Source: Cycas panzhihuaensis (taxonomy: Eukaryota; Plantae; Cycadophyta). From it: a stretch of DNA of 64,000 nt. Made by a program: the position numbers and the translations under genes. The notes below the pieces were generated by a model. It saw only the letters and a list, made by a program, of their open reading frames with translations, searched no databases and was not told where the DNA came from. Below, piece by piece: positions 1 through 11,410 of the stretch. The stretch is taken from contig CM041465.1 in NCBI GenBank assembly GCA_023213395.1, positions 87,365,741 to 87,429,740 of the forward strand, given 5' to 3'. Position 1 is the first letter of the stretch. The number at the start of each line of letters is the position of its first letter.

Positions 1-809
1 CACCCAGCCTACTCAAGCAAGGAGGATCGAACCTCCCCTTGTGAAGAGGTGGAGTTCCAACCACGGGGAGTGTTTCCATGGCGATGCGCGCTGTCGGGCA
101 CAAAGACCCACGCGACACCCAAAGACCCACGCCGACTCGTCCCCCAGCGAGCATCGAGGCCTAACCTCGACGCCCCGTTCATAGAGCCCGTTCCCCGAGC
201 ATGGGGAACGGGTCGCATGTCCAAAGGAACAACCGGAATGGGATAGGTCTCCCGATCCCCGCCCTTAGCGTGGCGGAGGGAAGGGCGCAAAGGCCACCTT
301 CCCTTCGCGATCCCACCGCTGGCGCTCCGTCACCTCCGCGGTCGTAATAAGGGAAAGAAGGTGATCCGGATGCTTGAGACCACTCCCCTCTGCGTTAACC
401 CTGGTCCCAAGCGCGAAGGAGGCGGCGGGTCCCTCCGCGTCTACCTCGCAGCTTGATCCTCCTCCGAGACCACTCCTCCCGAGATTCCCCCCGACTTCCC
501 AAGACCATTCCGTGCGCCCGGGCGATTCGACTTTAGGAGAGCCCTTACCCAACCCACGGGAAGGGTAAGCCTTTCTCCGTAGTCGAGGAGCTCCTTACCG
601 TCGCCGAGATGTCCATTATGGATGTCTTGAGAAGCCGCCCAGCAGGCACTCCTCTTGGAAGCTCTTGCCGAACGATGCATCCGCTCACGCCTTGGGTACG
701 ACCCCTGCGGTGAGCCCATGATTTCCTTCGATCCTGTGGATCTTCCCCATCCGGTGGAAGGGCGCCATGGAACTTCCCTTTTACCATCACGATCGACACT
801 CCGATTGCG

Positions 810-3800
810 TTGCGGAGGACCGTAGTGAACAGCGGTTCTTCGTCAACGCTATGCCCTTGCGCGTTATGCAAGAGCTTGGTGTTTCTGCCTTGGAACCCGT
901 TCCATGGCGTTGTCAAGGCTATGACGGTACCGAGAAGACTCCCTTGGGATGCGTCACCGATACCCCTTACCCTCGAGGATAAGGCGGTGCGTTCCGACAT
1001 CGTCATCCTCGATGTCGATGTCGACTAACAACTGGCCTCTCCGGTCGACCATGGCTCGACCAAATGGGAGCCGTGTGTTCCACCCGGTGGGGGCAACTCA
1101 AATTTGTTCATAATGGACAAATGAAAGTTGTCCTCCATGACGATCGCCGCCAAGCCGCCTAGGCTTCACCGTGCAAGCCATGGGCATCAAGGGAAACAAA
1201 CGCCCTTACTATGTCTCGGCTTGCTCCATCCAATTCCGATTCCTCTCAGGAGAAGAAGGTCCCACGCCTTCCTCTCCGTTGACGCTGCTTTTGCCCCTAT
1301 TGGCGTCGGCGGTATGGGTACCTCGGCGTGTTTGACGACGACGAGTCCCATAGTGAGGAGGAGAACCTTCCTCATCCGGTTTCGCTCCTCCCGCTTGTGC
1401 GGGGCACCTTCCTAGTCCTAAGCGTACTCCTATAACCCCTTTTGTTGGCGGGCCGGGTCACTTTCACACGTCACCTGACATTGCGCATGCTGACCTTCGT
1501 GCCCCGAGCGCTTCCGTTCCATCACTCCCGCAGTGATGATGATGTTGGGAGTTTTCCTCTTGCTTTTACGAGGAACCCCTCCTGCTTCTCCTTCAGTCCT
1601 CTCGCGGATGGCGGGCGGTCTCGAGCCATACCCCTATTCCTCAGCGCCATCCTTCGCCTCGCCCTTTCAAGTGGTCCTCGATGGAGTGGACTACTTGAGG
1701 ATGACGAGGCCTTCTTTGGAACACTTAAGCGGGCTCCACGCCGAGTTTGCCTCCTGTCACCACAAGCTTGGCCCACTGAAGGTCTTAGCGATTGGGTCCC
1801 GTTAGGCGACCCAATCCCTCTCCGCTTCCTCCCTTGGGTTGATCTCGCCTCCATTTTGAGGAGGAATGCCATGTGCATGGGGGCAACCCAGACATAGTCC
1901 TTGCCCCGAGAGGGTCATCAAGGTAGGAGCGGAGTGTACCCCTGACGAGGTGAGGGAATACACCCTCCTGTTCCAGGAATTCCGCGATGTGTTCGCGTGG
2001 GAATACTCGTACATGAAGGGCATTAGCCCCTCCATCGTCACGCACAACCTTACGACCTTCCCTGACGCGCCCCCCGTGCGTCAGAAGCAGCGTCCCCTTC
2101 ACCCAAAGCTTTCAACTGCCGTTAAGATGGAAGTTGAGAAGCTTTTGGAGGCGGGGCTTATTTCCTCTATCGATTACCCCAAGTGGGTATCGAACATAGT
2201 TCCCGTTGCCAAAAAGAACGGGACCATCCGTATTTGTGTCGATTTTCGCGACATAAACAATGCTTGCCCTAAGGACAACTTTCCTCTCCCTTTCATCGAT
2301 CAGATAATCGGCCGAATGCAGTAGGGTTCGGGTTATGTCCTTGATGGATGGCTTCTGGCCACAACCGTATCAAATTTCTCCGAAGACCGCCACAAGACGG
2401 CCTTCACCACGCCATGGGGTGTCTTTGCCTACAAGGCAATGCCCTTTGGCCTTAAAATGCAGGGCTACCTATCGAGAGCCATGCATTTTATCTTCCACGA
2501 CCTCATCAACAACACGATGGAGGTCTTCATGGACGACATGATGGGTCTCTCTCGCACTGAGCCCATCACCCTCCGACTTACGCCATCTTCGCAAGATGCC
2601 GTAAGTACCATGTTAGCCTAAACGCTAAAGTGTGTGTTTGGTTACCTCGGGCAAACTTCTTGGTTTCCTCGTGTCTCAACAAGGAATCCAAATCGACCGA
2701 GGAAAAGGTCAAGGCGATCCTTGACATGCCACCTCCTAGGACCCAACGACAAATTAAGTCGTTCCCGGTAGGCTTGGTTTCTTGGCGTTTCTTGGCGGAC
2801 TTTGCCATAAACGCTAAGCCTCTCACGAACCTATTGAAGAAAGGAGCCCTTTGTCCGGCCTGATAAGACCCAAAAGGCCTCGTGGGGCTCGAGGAAGCAC
2901 TCATTTCGCCCCTACTGCTGGCGCCTCCTCGCCTGACGTGCCTTTCATCCCGTATACCTCGGCAACCGATGAGTCCACAGGCGTAATGCTCTCGCGGAGG
3001 ATGATTCGAGGCAGAGGGCCATTACTTCATCACCACTCTCGTTGCCCAATCGAACTATCCTCCGTAGAAAGGAATGCCTCTCCTTGGTCCACGCGACCAA
3101 GAAATTTCGGCATTACACCTTTCGGCAATACGACCAAGGTGATCGTGCAATCCGATCCCTGCGTTACTTACTCACCGATTCGGTTGACAGTGGGGCGGGA
3201 CGTTGGGCCCTGCTTCAAGAATTCGACTTGCAGGTCGTTAACAGGAAGTCAAAGAAGGGGATGGTAGTGGCGGAACAGTTAGCCGACGCCGCTATTCCCA
3301 ACGCGAGCGACGCTCCTGTTGATGACTCCTTCCCGGATGAGTCCATTATGACCGTCGAGGAGGCTCTTCCTCACCCACTCGCCGATAGCGAGTGGTATGG
3401 CGACATAGTGCGATATTTGACTCAACAGGAATATCGCCGGCCGATAACAAAGTTAGGTCGCGATCCGCTATCGCTAGGCAACACCTCCTCGTGGACGGTG
3501 TTGTACAAGAGGTCTTTGACGGATTACGCTTTCACGTCGCTCGACGAAGCGGACCAAATACTCGCGAGTGCCACCATGGCATTTGTGGGGGCCACTTGGG
3601 CCAATCCATGGCCCAAAGGATCCTCGCATGGGCTACTCTTGGCGTCCTTATTCAAGGACGCCCATACTTGTGCCCTTAGATGCGGCGTTGTCGGGAACAC
3701 GTAACGTCTCCCACGTGCCCTCGGCGTTACACCCTATCGTGTCTCCGTGGCCCTTCTCGCAGTGGGGTTTGGACCTCATTGGGGCTATATCACGCCATCT

Positions 3801-4590
3801 TCCGCACAACATAAATTTATTCGATCGCCCGAGTACTTTACTAAATGGGCGGAGGCAATCCCCATCCACTACCCACAGCAAGACGATAGCCACCTTCGTC
3901 TACCAAAGACATTATCTGTCGCTTTGGGATCCTGAACATTCTAATCACGAGATAATGGAACTCCCTTCTGTAATAAGGAGATGGACGAATTATGTGAGAA
4001 GTTCAAAATCTCGCATAAGACGTCGTCCCCTTATTACCCCAAGCCAGCAGGCGGTCGAGTCTTTCAACAAAACGCTCATTGGCATTTTGAAGAAAGCGCT
4101 GCCCGGCCTCAAAGAGGCTGCACATCCGACTCCCGCCTGCGGGCTTCGCACCTCTATCCGGACGGCCACGGATGACCCCATTCTCGTTAGTGTACGGGCG
4201 GGCGATACTCCCGTTGGAAGTGGAGATTCCTTCTCTTCGGGTTTCCCTTCGAGGCCTCATCGATGAGGAGTCCATTCGCCAGGCTCGCCTCCTCGACCTC
4301 GAAGCCCTGGATGAGAAGCGCTTAGTGGCTTACCAGGCGAACCTTGCCTCGAAAGCCCGTCTTCAAAGGACATACGATAAGCACCTCCGTACTCGTCCTT
4401 TGTGTTCTGGGGACCATGTCCTCAAGTTGGAATATCTCTACGATCGCTTGGCCAAATTCGGGCCCAAGTGGGTGGGTCCCTTCGTCGTTCTCGACAGCCT
4501 CGGCAACGGCGCATATAGGATCGCCACCTTGGACGGCTTGGAGTTTGAAAAAGCGGTCAATGGGAAATTCCTCAAGAAGTTCTGGCGTGA
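810..4590 (+). pseudogene. pol: pol of copy A (protease, RT, RNase H, integrase), broken by many small deletions
   Basis: PR: RRTVVNSGSS/VNAMPL. RT: YPKWVSNIVPVAKKNGTIRICVDFRDINNACPKDNFPLP, MPFGLK, VFMDD. RH: YTSATDES, KECLSLVHATKKFRHY. INT: CHHGICGGH, WPFSQWGLDLIG, TPFSLVYG, KFGPKWVGPF, VNGKFLKKF. Confidence 0.93.
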
Positions 4591-5269
4591 TTTCCTCACC
4601 GGTGCTCAAACGAGCCTAAACTACCATTATAAACCGCTCTTATTCTTCCCAACCGCGGGTAGGATGGCGGTTTAAGATGGATTTCTTTTTTGTTCTTCTT
4701 TGTCTTCGGGTTCCTCCTTGAGAACCCGTTCCGCGTGCTCTTGGGAACACTGTGTCCTCTATTTAGGCATTCCCCAACTAGGACGACGCTAGGAGTATCG
4801 TTACTCCCTCTTAGTGCTTGTTTCCTTCGCATATTCCGCTATGCTCCCTCAGCAGACGTGCATGTCGCCTCATCCTCTAACCTCACACCTCTCAATCACC
4901 TCGCTTCACGGTGGATGTGTGTGTGCCCATTAGACATATGGCCATACATGGAAGGAAACACATGCATATTACAACAAAATATTTACAACAAATATCTACA
5001 ACATATAAACATTTGCAAACATACAAAATACTCATTTACGAAATAAATCATACATGCTACCTCTATCAGACATGATACCGCCATTTCATGTCAAAAGTGG
5101 GGTTCCAATCGCCCCATGTGTATATATATCAAAATGTCATAGTACATCGTGTATGTGGGAAGGCAGGATCCTTGCGAGGGGTACAATCATGTGAGCCTAC
5201 ATATGACCCCACAGGCCGCGCTTTCTCGTCAAAATCTATACATATGCATACCCACACTCTGCTGGCCAC

Positions 5270-7484
5270 GATCCCGGTTCCGCCCTCAGTGCAGTGTGAT
5301 CCTCGCCTGGGACCACATCCTGCGAGGCTCCTCCTGAGCCTCATGGCCGCACGCCTCGCTCTCTCCTGGAGGCCGTCTGGGAGTCGTGGCCCGTGTGTGT
5401 GTGTGTCGGCTCGGCCGACCTCGAGACCATCAGGCCACCGGTAAGTCGTAGCGGACTGGATGCGGTCCCTCTCGCCTCGGAGTCCCTCCTCGGCGACTCT
5501 CGCCCTATCCTCCAGATGCCTTAAGGCGCTCCTCTAGGGGCCGAGGCGAGTCTTGATCCCTGTGTCCCCTCTGGCCTCGGCTCGTCCCGTAGCTCATCTC
5601 GCTCGCCCACAGTGGCGTCGAGCTCTCATTGTTGCCCGAGAATGCCATGTGCTCCGGGTCTGCAACCGGATGTCTCGTACTCTCACCATTGGGGCGCTGC
5701 ATATAGGCTCACTGTCGATCTGCGCATCTTACGCACTCGATGGGCGGTTGCCCTCTGCGTGAACTGAGGGAACAACTCTCTCGGCAGCCTCGACTAGCCT
5801 CAGACCTCGCTACACCGCCAATGCAACATGCCATGTGTCGGTGTGTACCCTCACATGCGTATAAGAAAACGAAATCAAAGCTGCATCTAGATGTCAAATG
5901 ACTAAGGAAGCGGTTAGGTCTCACTGCTGTGGTCCGGTCCCTCCGCCGGGCGACATCCTCCTCTCTGGCTCCCCACTTGTTGGTGCCTCATCCTCGTGCA
6001 CGTCCTGCCTCTGCCTCATCTCTAGGACGGCTCTACCCTCGTCCCTCGGAGCTCCTCACGATCCGAGCACAGCCTTTGGTCCCCGCGCCTGCTTTCGTCT
6101 CGCAGACTCTGATGGACCCGCCCCTCCGGCGACTCGGATGGTCTGCTGCGTCCCCGGTGTTGTGGTGGGCCTGCCCCTTCTCTCCCATCATCGCCGTCAT
6201 CATCCCCGTCGTCTCTGTCCTCGATGGGTGCTCCTCCTCCTCCTGGCGGGTCATCGCCGCCCACCTCACCTGTCACGGATCCGCCACGTAGTCCGTCGGG
6301 GTGAGGAGGTCAGTGATGTCGCGTCGGCAAGCCAAGCGGACATGAGGTGGTCCTCCGTCCCTCGAACCTCGTCGCACACTGTGGACCATCGGGGCCCACC
6401 TCGATATGGGAACGGTCCCCTAGCTGGTGCCAGCTGCAAAGACATGTATGAGAGTCCTCCTCTGCCCGACCTCCTGATAGCATCTGGTTGAGCGACGAGG
6501 TTCGCCCAACTAAGTCGCCCAATCCATCCTCTCAGGCCTCACCCCGTCTGCGCCCACCCATCCTCCGGGATCTCTCCGTAGTTGTTTCGGAGATTTGGAA
6601 CGAATGCATAGTAAAATAAGTTTCCTCGCAGGAATCCTGACAAGGGTATGCGGAGGGAGCTCCCCTCACGCCATCTGGTTCCCCGTGAGGCGAGGCGCCT
6701 CAGGTGTGTCTTTGCCTCGGTCTTGGCGGCCCTCAGCCTCACGGGTCTCCCGGTCGCCGGCACCCCCAGGATCCGTCTGACATCCTCTGGAGTAATGGTG
6801 ACATCTCCAATCTGCGGTAAGTGGAATACGTGCCTCCTCCTGTCCCAGTGCGACACTATGTCCACTAGGAGTCTCTGATCCGATGCGGGGGTCTTGGGGC
6901 CTTATACAGGCCGCATCTCTTCAGGACCGCCCTGTCCTCCTCGGTCGACATCTCCATCCAACTCAAGATGGGCATGCTGACATTCTCATGATTATCCATG
7001 CAGAATCGCCCAACCAGTGAAAATCAGCCGAAGTTAGTCTCCTAGCGGTCACCTAGGCTCCTAGCTGCCTCCCAATTGTTTTTTCTGAGTTTGGGAGCCT
7101 TTTGGGGGCTCCCGTTCTTTATTACAACTTTACGCTGCGTCAGCCTAAACTTAATGCAGCTAAGTTTGGGGCGAGCCCATGGCGATTCCGTCTCACACTG
7201 CGATCCGCGTCCAAGATCGGCAGACTGCAATCTTTCTTGCAGCACGGCAACCCCTCCGAAAGAGGGTTTCGCCCAGTCGAATTTTTGTGGTGGACCCCGT
7301 GGGACCCACCGGACCGGGCCGCTAATGCCCAGTCCGCCTCTTCCGGGTCTGTTTTGAACTCAGGAGGCCTCTAATCGCCCATAAGGCGAAAATGCATTAA
7401 AATTAATTTAAAAGCAATAAACTTTGAGCTTTGAAACGACTAGGATATCGTTGGATCCACTCCTTTGGGTCGACGGCCGGCCAT
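5270..7484 (-). pseudogene. Antisense plant-mobile-domain (PMD, aminotransferase-like) gene of copy A, probably 3 exons
   Basis: ORF 6539-6865 reads DIVSHWDRRRHVFHLPQIGDVTITPEDVRRILGVP, matching the PMD motif W..HTFHLP.GE.TITLEDV..LLGLP. Upstream is MDNHENVSMPILSWMEM. A short first exon MAGRRPK starts at 7484. A GTGAGA donor lies near 5924-5919. The 3' end is approximate. Confidence 0.75.
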
Positions 7485-7605
7485 GGGCGTCTCGGGATCG
7501 TGGCGACTGTCCCTCGCCGAATCCGACGGTCGGATCGTCCTCGTGCCTCGAAATCGGGTGGCGCTCGCGTCGTAAGGAAAAGGCTCTAGTTTAAATGCGA
7601 GGCCG

Positions 7606-7646
7606 GTGAAAATGAATCCGGTTTTCATTGATTTTTCCTTATATAG
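7606..7646 (-). promoter_or_regulatory. TATA box (CTATATAAG) and conserved GTGAAAA-N-TTTTCA inverted repeat, promoter of the antisense PMD gene
   Basis: The same block is conserved in copy B at 33421-33460 (GTATATAAAGG). In both copies it lies about 160 nt upstream of the PMD ATG. Confidence 0.65.
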
Positions 7647-8161
7647 GCGGGGGCCCCGGTGGGCACTTCTTCCGCTTTAGCCGTGACGGTCGTTGGGGAC
7701 CGTCTCGTCATGGGTCACCTTTCCTTCCGCCCTGTCGCCCATTGTGCTCCATGGACGCCCTTCTTGCTTCCCCGTGCGAAGGCATTTATGGCGCTTCATG
7801 TTTACGCTTTTTGGAGGGCGTTTTGCATCGTTTCTTGCCACTGCTCCGTCGTGCCGAGTTTATACTCGTTTGGCTCGTCTCGCTCTGGACTCATTGCACC
7901 CTTTTTCACTCCTGGGGCCCCCAAAGGAAATGCTCCTCCCGTCCGGGGGCATGTTTTGCTTCCCGAAGTAACTCTTGGGGACTCTGGGGCGCCCGTCTTC
8001 CGCTCACTCCCAGTCAGTGCCCTGATGATTTGCTCTTGTTCTCGGGTAGCCTCATTGCTAGGTCCTCCTACCCTTCGCGGCCCGCTTCGCGTTTGTTATT
8101 CGAGTCTCTGTGTTGCTTTTATTTCTATTGGTGTTTTATTACTAAAGCCTAACATCCAGTC

Positions 8162-8575
8162 ATGTCTCTCCTTATTTTCACCGATGGCGGAAGTTGCGGC
8201 AACCCCGGACCCTCCGCCGCTGCATGGATTCTCCGTAGCCCCTCCGGACACGACTACCTGCGTTCCGGAGTCTTTCTTCCCGAGGCCACCAATAACGGCG
8301 AAAGCACACGGCGTTATTGAGGCCCTTCTGCTCTTCGCTTTCATCGCGGTTCCATTGTGTTGTTTTGCGATTCTCAGGTCGTGGTGTCCCATCTCACCCA
8401 GGTTTACCAGGTGCGGTGCCCTCACCTGAGAACTCTCGCGTCTGCCGCCAGGTCCCTTCTGGCCCGTTTCTCATCAGCGGATATTCAGCATATCCCGAGG
8501 CACCTCAATCTTTGGAGGCGGCCTCGTCCGCCTCATCCTTGAGCGTCGCCTTCCTCTCCTTGATGATCGCCTCGA
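8162..8575 (+). pseudogene. Stand-alone archaeal-type RNase H (aRH) ORF of copy A
   Basis: ATG at 8162: MSLLIFTDGGSCGNPGPSAAAWIL...TNN..A..VIEAL...LFCDSQVVVSHLTQVYQVRCPHLRTLASAARSLLARFSSADIQHIPR. These are RNase HI motifs (DG.S.GNPG, TNN.AE, DS, HIPR..N). Confidence 0.85.
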
Positions 8576-8919
8576 GACTTGCTCGCCACTCGTGCCCAAG
8601 TTTCCGGTTGTTGTCAGTCAGCTGTTCTTGTTTTACTTTGCTAGATGCCTCTCACTCCACGTTGCGCCCAGCGAGGCATCCTTTCACTTGTTTATTCCAT
8701 CGCGGTCGATGCACAGGCAGCGTGGCGACCCCTACGTTGTCTTCGTCTCTGTCTCCCTTGTCCACGCATTCCGCCACGACACTTGCCTATGCCCTTGGTC
8801 CACGTGCTGCTCTTTATTGCTTTTCTTTATATATATGCATGTGCTACTCATGTTTCTTGATTGCCAGCATTCGCCATCACATTACGCTTCCGAGCAGTGA
8901 GGCTCTGCTGCCGAAGCAA

Positions 8920-11410
8920 TGTTTCCCGGTAGTGGAATGGACTCGGGATGCATCGACCAGTTTGTTCGGTATATGTTTTCACTTTTCTTACTTACGATTG
9001 CTAAGGTAATTTGGAGTAATTTGGTGACATATGCACCCTACATGCATTGTTTGATTGCTTCATAATGCATGTGCCTAACGGCACCCTTCAAATTCTATGG
9101 CGACTCACAGTGATGGGCATCCATAAGCGGATGCGACACCCCGTATGGCGCCCAGCCACTCACGATGTCTCCATGGTCTCTCAGGATGCTCCTGCCAACT
9201 CGTTTGTCCTTATTGCCACGTGCCACTCATGTTGCAAACCCTTCCTAAGCATGGTTTAACCCTTAGCTAGGGCTCTTTGCATCGTTGGTGCCTTGCTTGC
9301 ACAGGCCTTCCCGATTGATATATTTCAGGCCTAGCCCCTACCTTTACCCTAAAAACTGATGTTTATGACTTTTATAATGTATTTTTCTTCCTTTTTTTCT
9401 TTTTTCTGAGTTTTGATGCATCATGGTAAACTAAGCGGTACCGCGGAGTTTGCCGCAGATCGCAGTTTGCCGCGGTACGACTGTTTAAAATTTGAAAAAA
9501 AGAAACCACGCGACAGTGGCCGCGTTTTTTCGTGGAACTGCCGCGTGGCTCCGTACGATTGGAGGCGCCCCAAGGCCCCCAACGTTCACTTGCTATGCCC
9601 AAGGCATAAAAGCCTTTTTCCTACTCATTGGCCTCATTCTTCACTTCAATTTTTCAAGCTTTCTAGAGCACTCTTCAAGAAAAAGACAAGGAAAATACAC
9701 ATTAAAAGAGGAACTCCTTTTACAGCAGTGGGACAAAGGTGAAGGGGGCTATTACCAGCTGGAGTTGCAGGCCATCACGCCCCTACGCCTCCATCACAAG
9801 CTTCACCTTCTCTTACGAATACTCAAAGATCTAAAGCATTTCTTCACAAGAAAGACTACTCCAAAGGACAACTTCTAGCTCCCATCTTGCACGGAGCTTC
9901 CTCCTTCCATCTTCTTGCAAAGGACACCAAAACCAAATTTTAGACATTGCTTGTCCGCTCCAAGTAGTCAAGGTGCATGCCTGCATGCTCTCCTTCATTC
10001 GAGGTATTTCTTGTCTCTTGTTGGTGCATTTTCCTTGCTTTTTGTTGTTCTAGTGCAATTTCCTTCCTCTCTTTGCATATACTTGCTTTGGGATCTTCTT
10101 TTTGTCATCGGATGCAAGTAATCTTGGCTAGTGGTGACTTACTATAGCCACCTTAAATTGGTTATATTTCTTTGCATTTCCTTGAAACTTGTCCTTCCCT
10201 TTCTAGCTTTCTCTTCACCATTTTCTAAGCTAGTCAGTATAAAGGGTTTCACGCGAGGATTAGAGGGAGATAGGCGGGTTAGTCCCCCATCGCCATCCTT
10301 CTCCCCAAGGGTTCCGCCCTTGTCCTCTCTCTCCCTTTATCACCCGCTTTTTTAGGAAACTGTTAAGGAAGCCTAAGAGGGTCGGTTTGAGTTCTTTTCC
10401 TTTGGTGTAGGCAACTGTTACTACCTGTCTCACCTCAGAGCCTGCTAGCATTACCTTCCGGACCCCGTGGAGACCACTCGTGGGTGAGTTAGCCATCCCG
10501 AGGCTACACCCAGTCCCATATAGTGCATTTTGTGGTGCTTGACAGTTTGTATGCTTATCAAGCAGATGTTGTTTCATTTTCTACACGTGTTGGCGTAACT
10601 TGGTTTCTTTAGTTTAGTTGATTTCATTTCAGTATATACACATATATCTTGTTGTGCTTCGTGGCCTCTCCCCCGAGAGGAAGGCATTCCCTCTGTTTGT
10701 TTGCAGGATCACGTCAGAGGGAGTGGTGCGCGAGATCAACCTGCTTCTTGGCCGGCTCTCGCACTCAGATCTCTTCTCCCTTTCGCTTCGAGCTTTGCTT
10801 TTCGTCTTCGTTTTATTCGCCTTTGCATGCCTTAGGGGAGGTAAGTAAACCCCCTTCGTCGCCTCTAACCGACGTTGCATGCGTGGAGGAGAGAGGAAAG
10901 GAGCGCAACCCAGAGAGAGGATCCACTTCATCCTCAACCATGGGATCCGTGTATTCTCGCGTTTCCTTTTATTTTTTCCTTTTATCATTCTTGCCTTTTT
11001 ACATGCTTAATAGGTAAAAGAGAGAATATAAAGAAAAGGAATATAAGCTATTTTACGCTTACTTTTCTCGCACTGCTTTTACATTGCATTACGAGACAGA
11101 AGACCCATTTACGCTGTATTTCCCAACCCATGCCTTACTTCACGCCTGCTGCACGTTGAGTTTGTTGCCCTCGTTGCTTCTCATTACCTTACCTTGAGAA
11201 GGCCGCATTGAGTTCCTTTTCCTTCCCGGCCATCCGAAGGGTAGGAAGGCCTCGTCTTGCTCGGCTACCTGGAAGCAACCAGGCACCTTGCGATCCGTAC
11301 CGCTCCCAAGATGGGCGACCCGAGGTGAGATCCTCATTGCCCAGCCCATCGTGTTGTGTTTTGTATTTCTTTGCTAGACGTAGGATCGCATTCCCGCGGA
11401 GAGCGTTTCA
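8920..11410 (+). repeat. 3' LTR of copy A (~2.5 kb)
   Basis: Starts TGTTTC after the family pre-LTR motif GAGCAG(T/C)GAGGCTCTGCT and ends GCGTTTCA. The next bases, GAAGG, resume a chromovirus RT frame. Confidence 0.85.

Larger units (their letters stand above)
1..11410 (+). mobile_element. Ty3/gypsy non-chromovirus Tat-type LTR retrotransposon, copy A (5' part lies outside the window)
   Basis: PR-RT-RH-INT motifs at 810-4590, antisense PMD gene, stand-alone aRH ORF, and a 3' LTR TGTTTC(8920)...TTTCA(11410). Collinear with copy B (25400-38150). Confidence 0.93.

Noticed and set aside
8130-8161. Splice acceptor (CTAAC..CCAG) just before the aRH ATG in A
   Set aside because: Not conserved in B and the branch-point spacing is poor.
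7628-9009. Long plus-strand ORFs (174, 256 and 230 aa) as novel genes
   Set aside because: They are GC-rich open frames not conserved in copy B. Only the aRH frame inside them is conserved.
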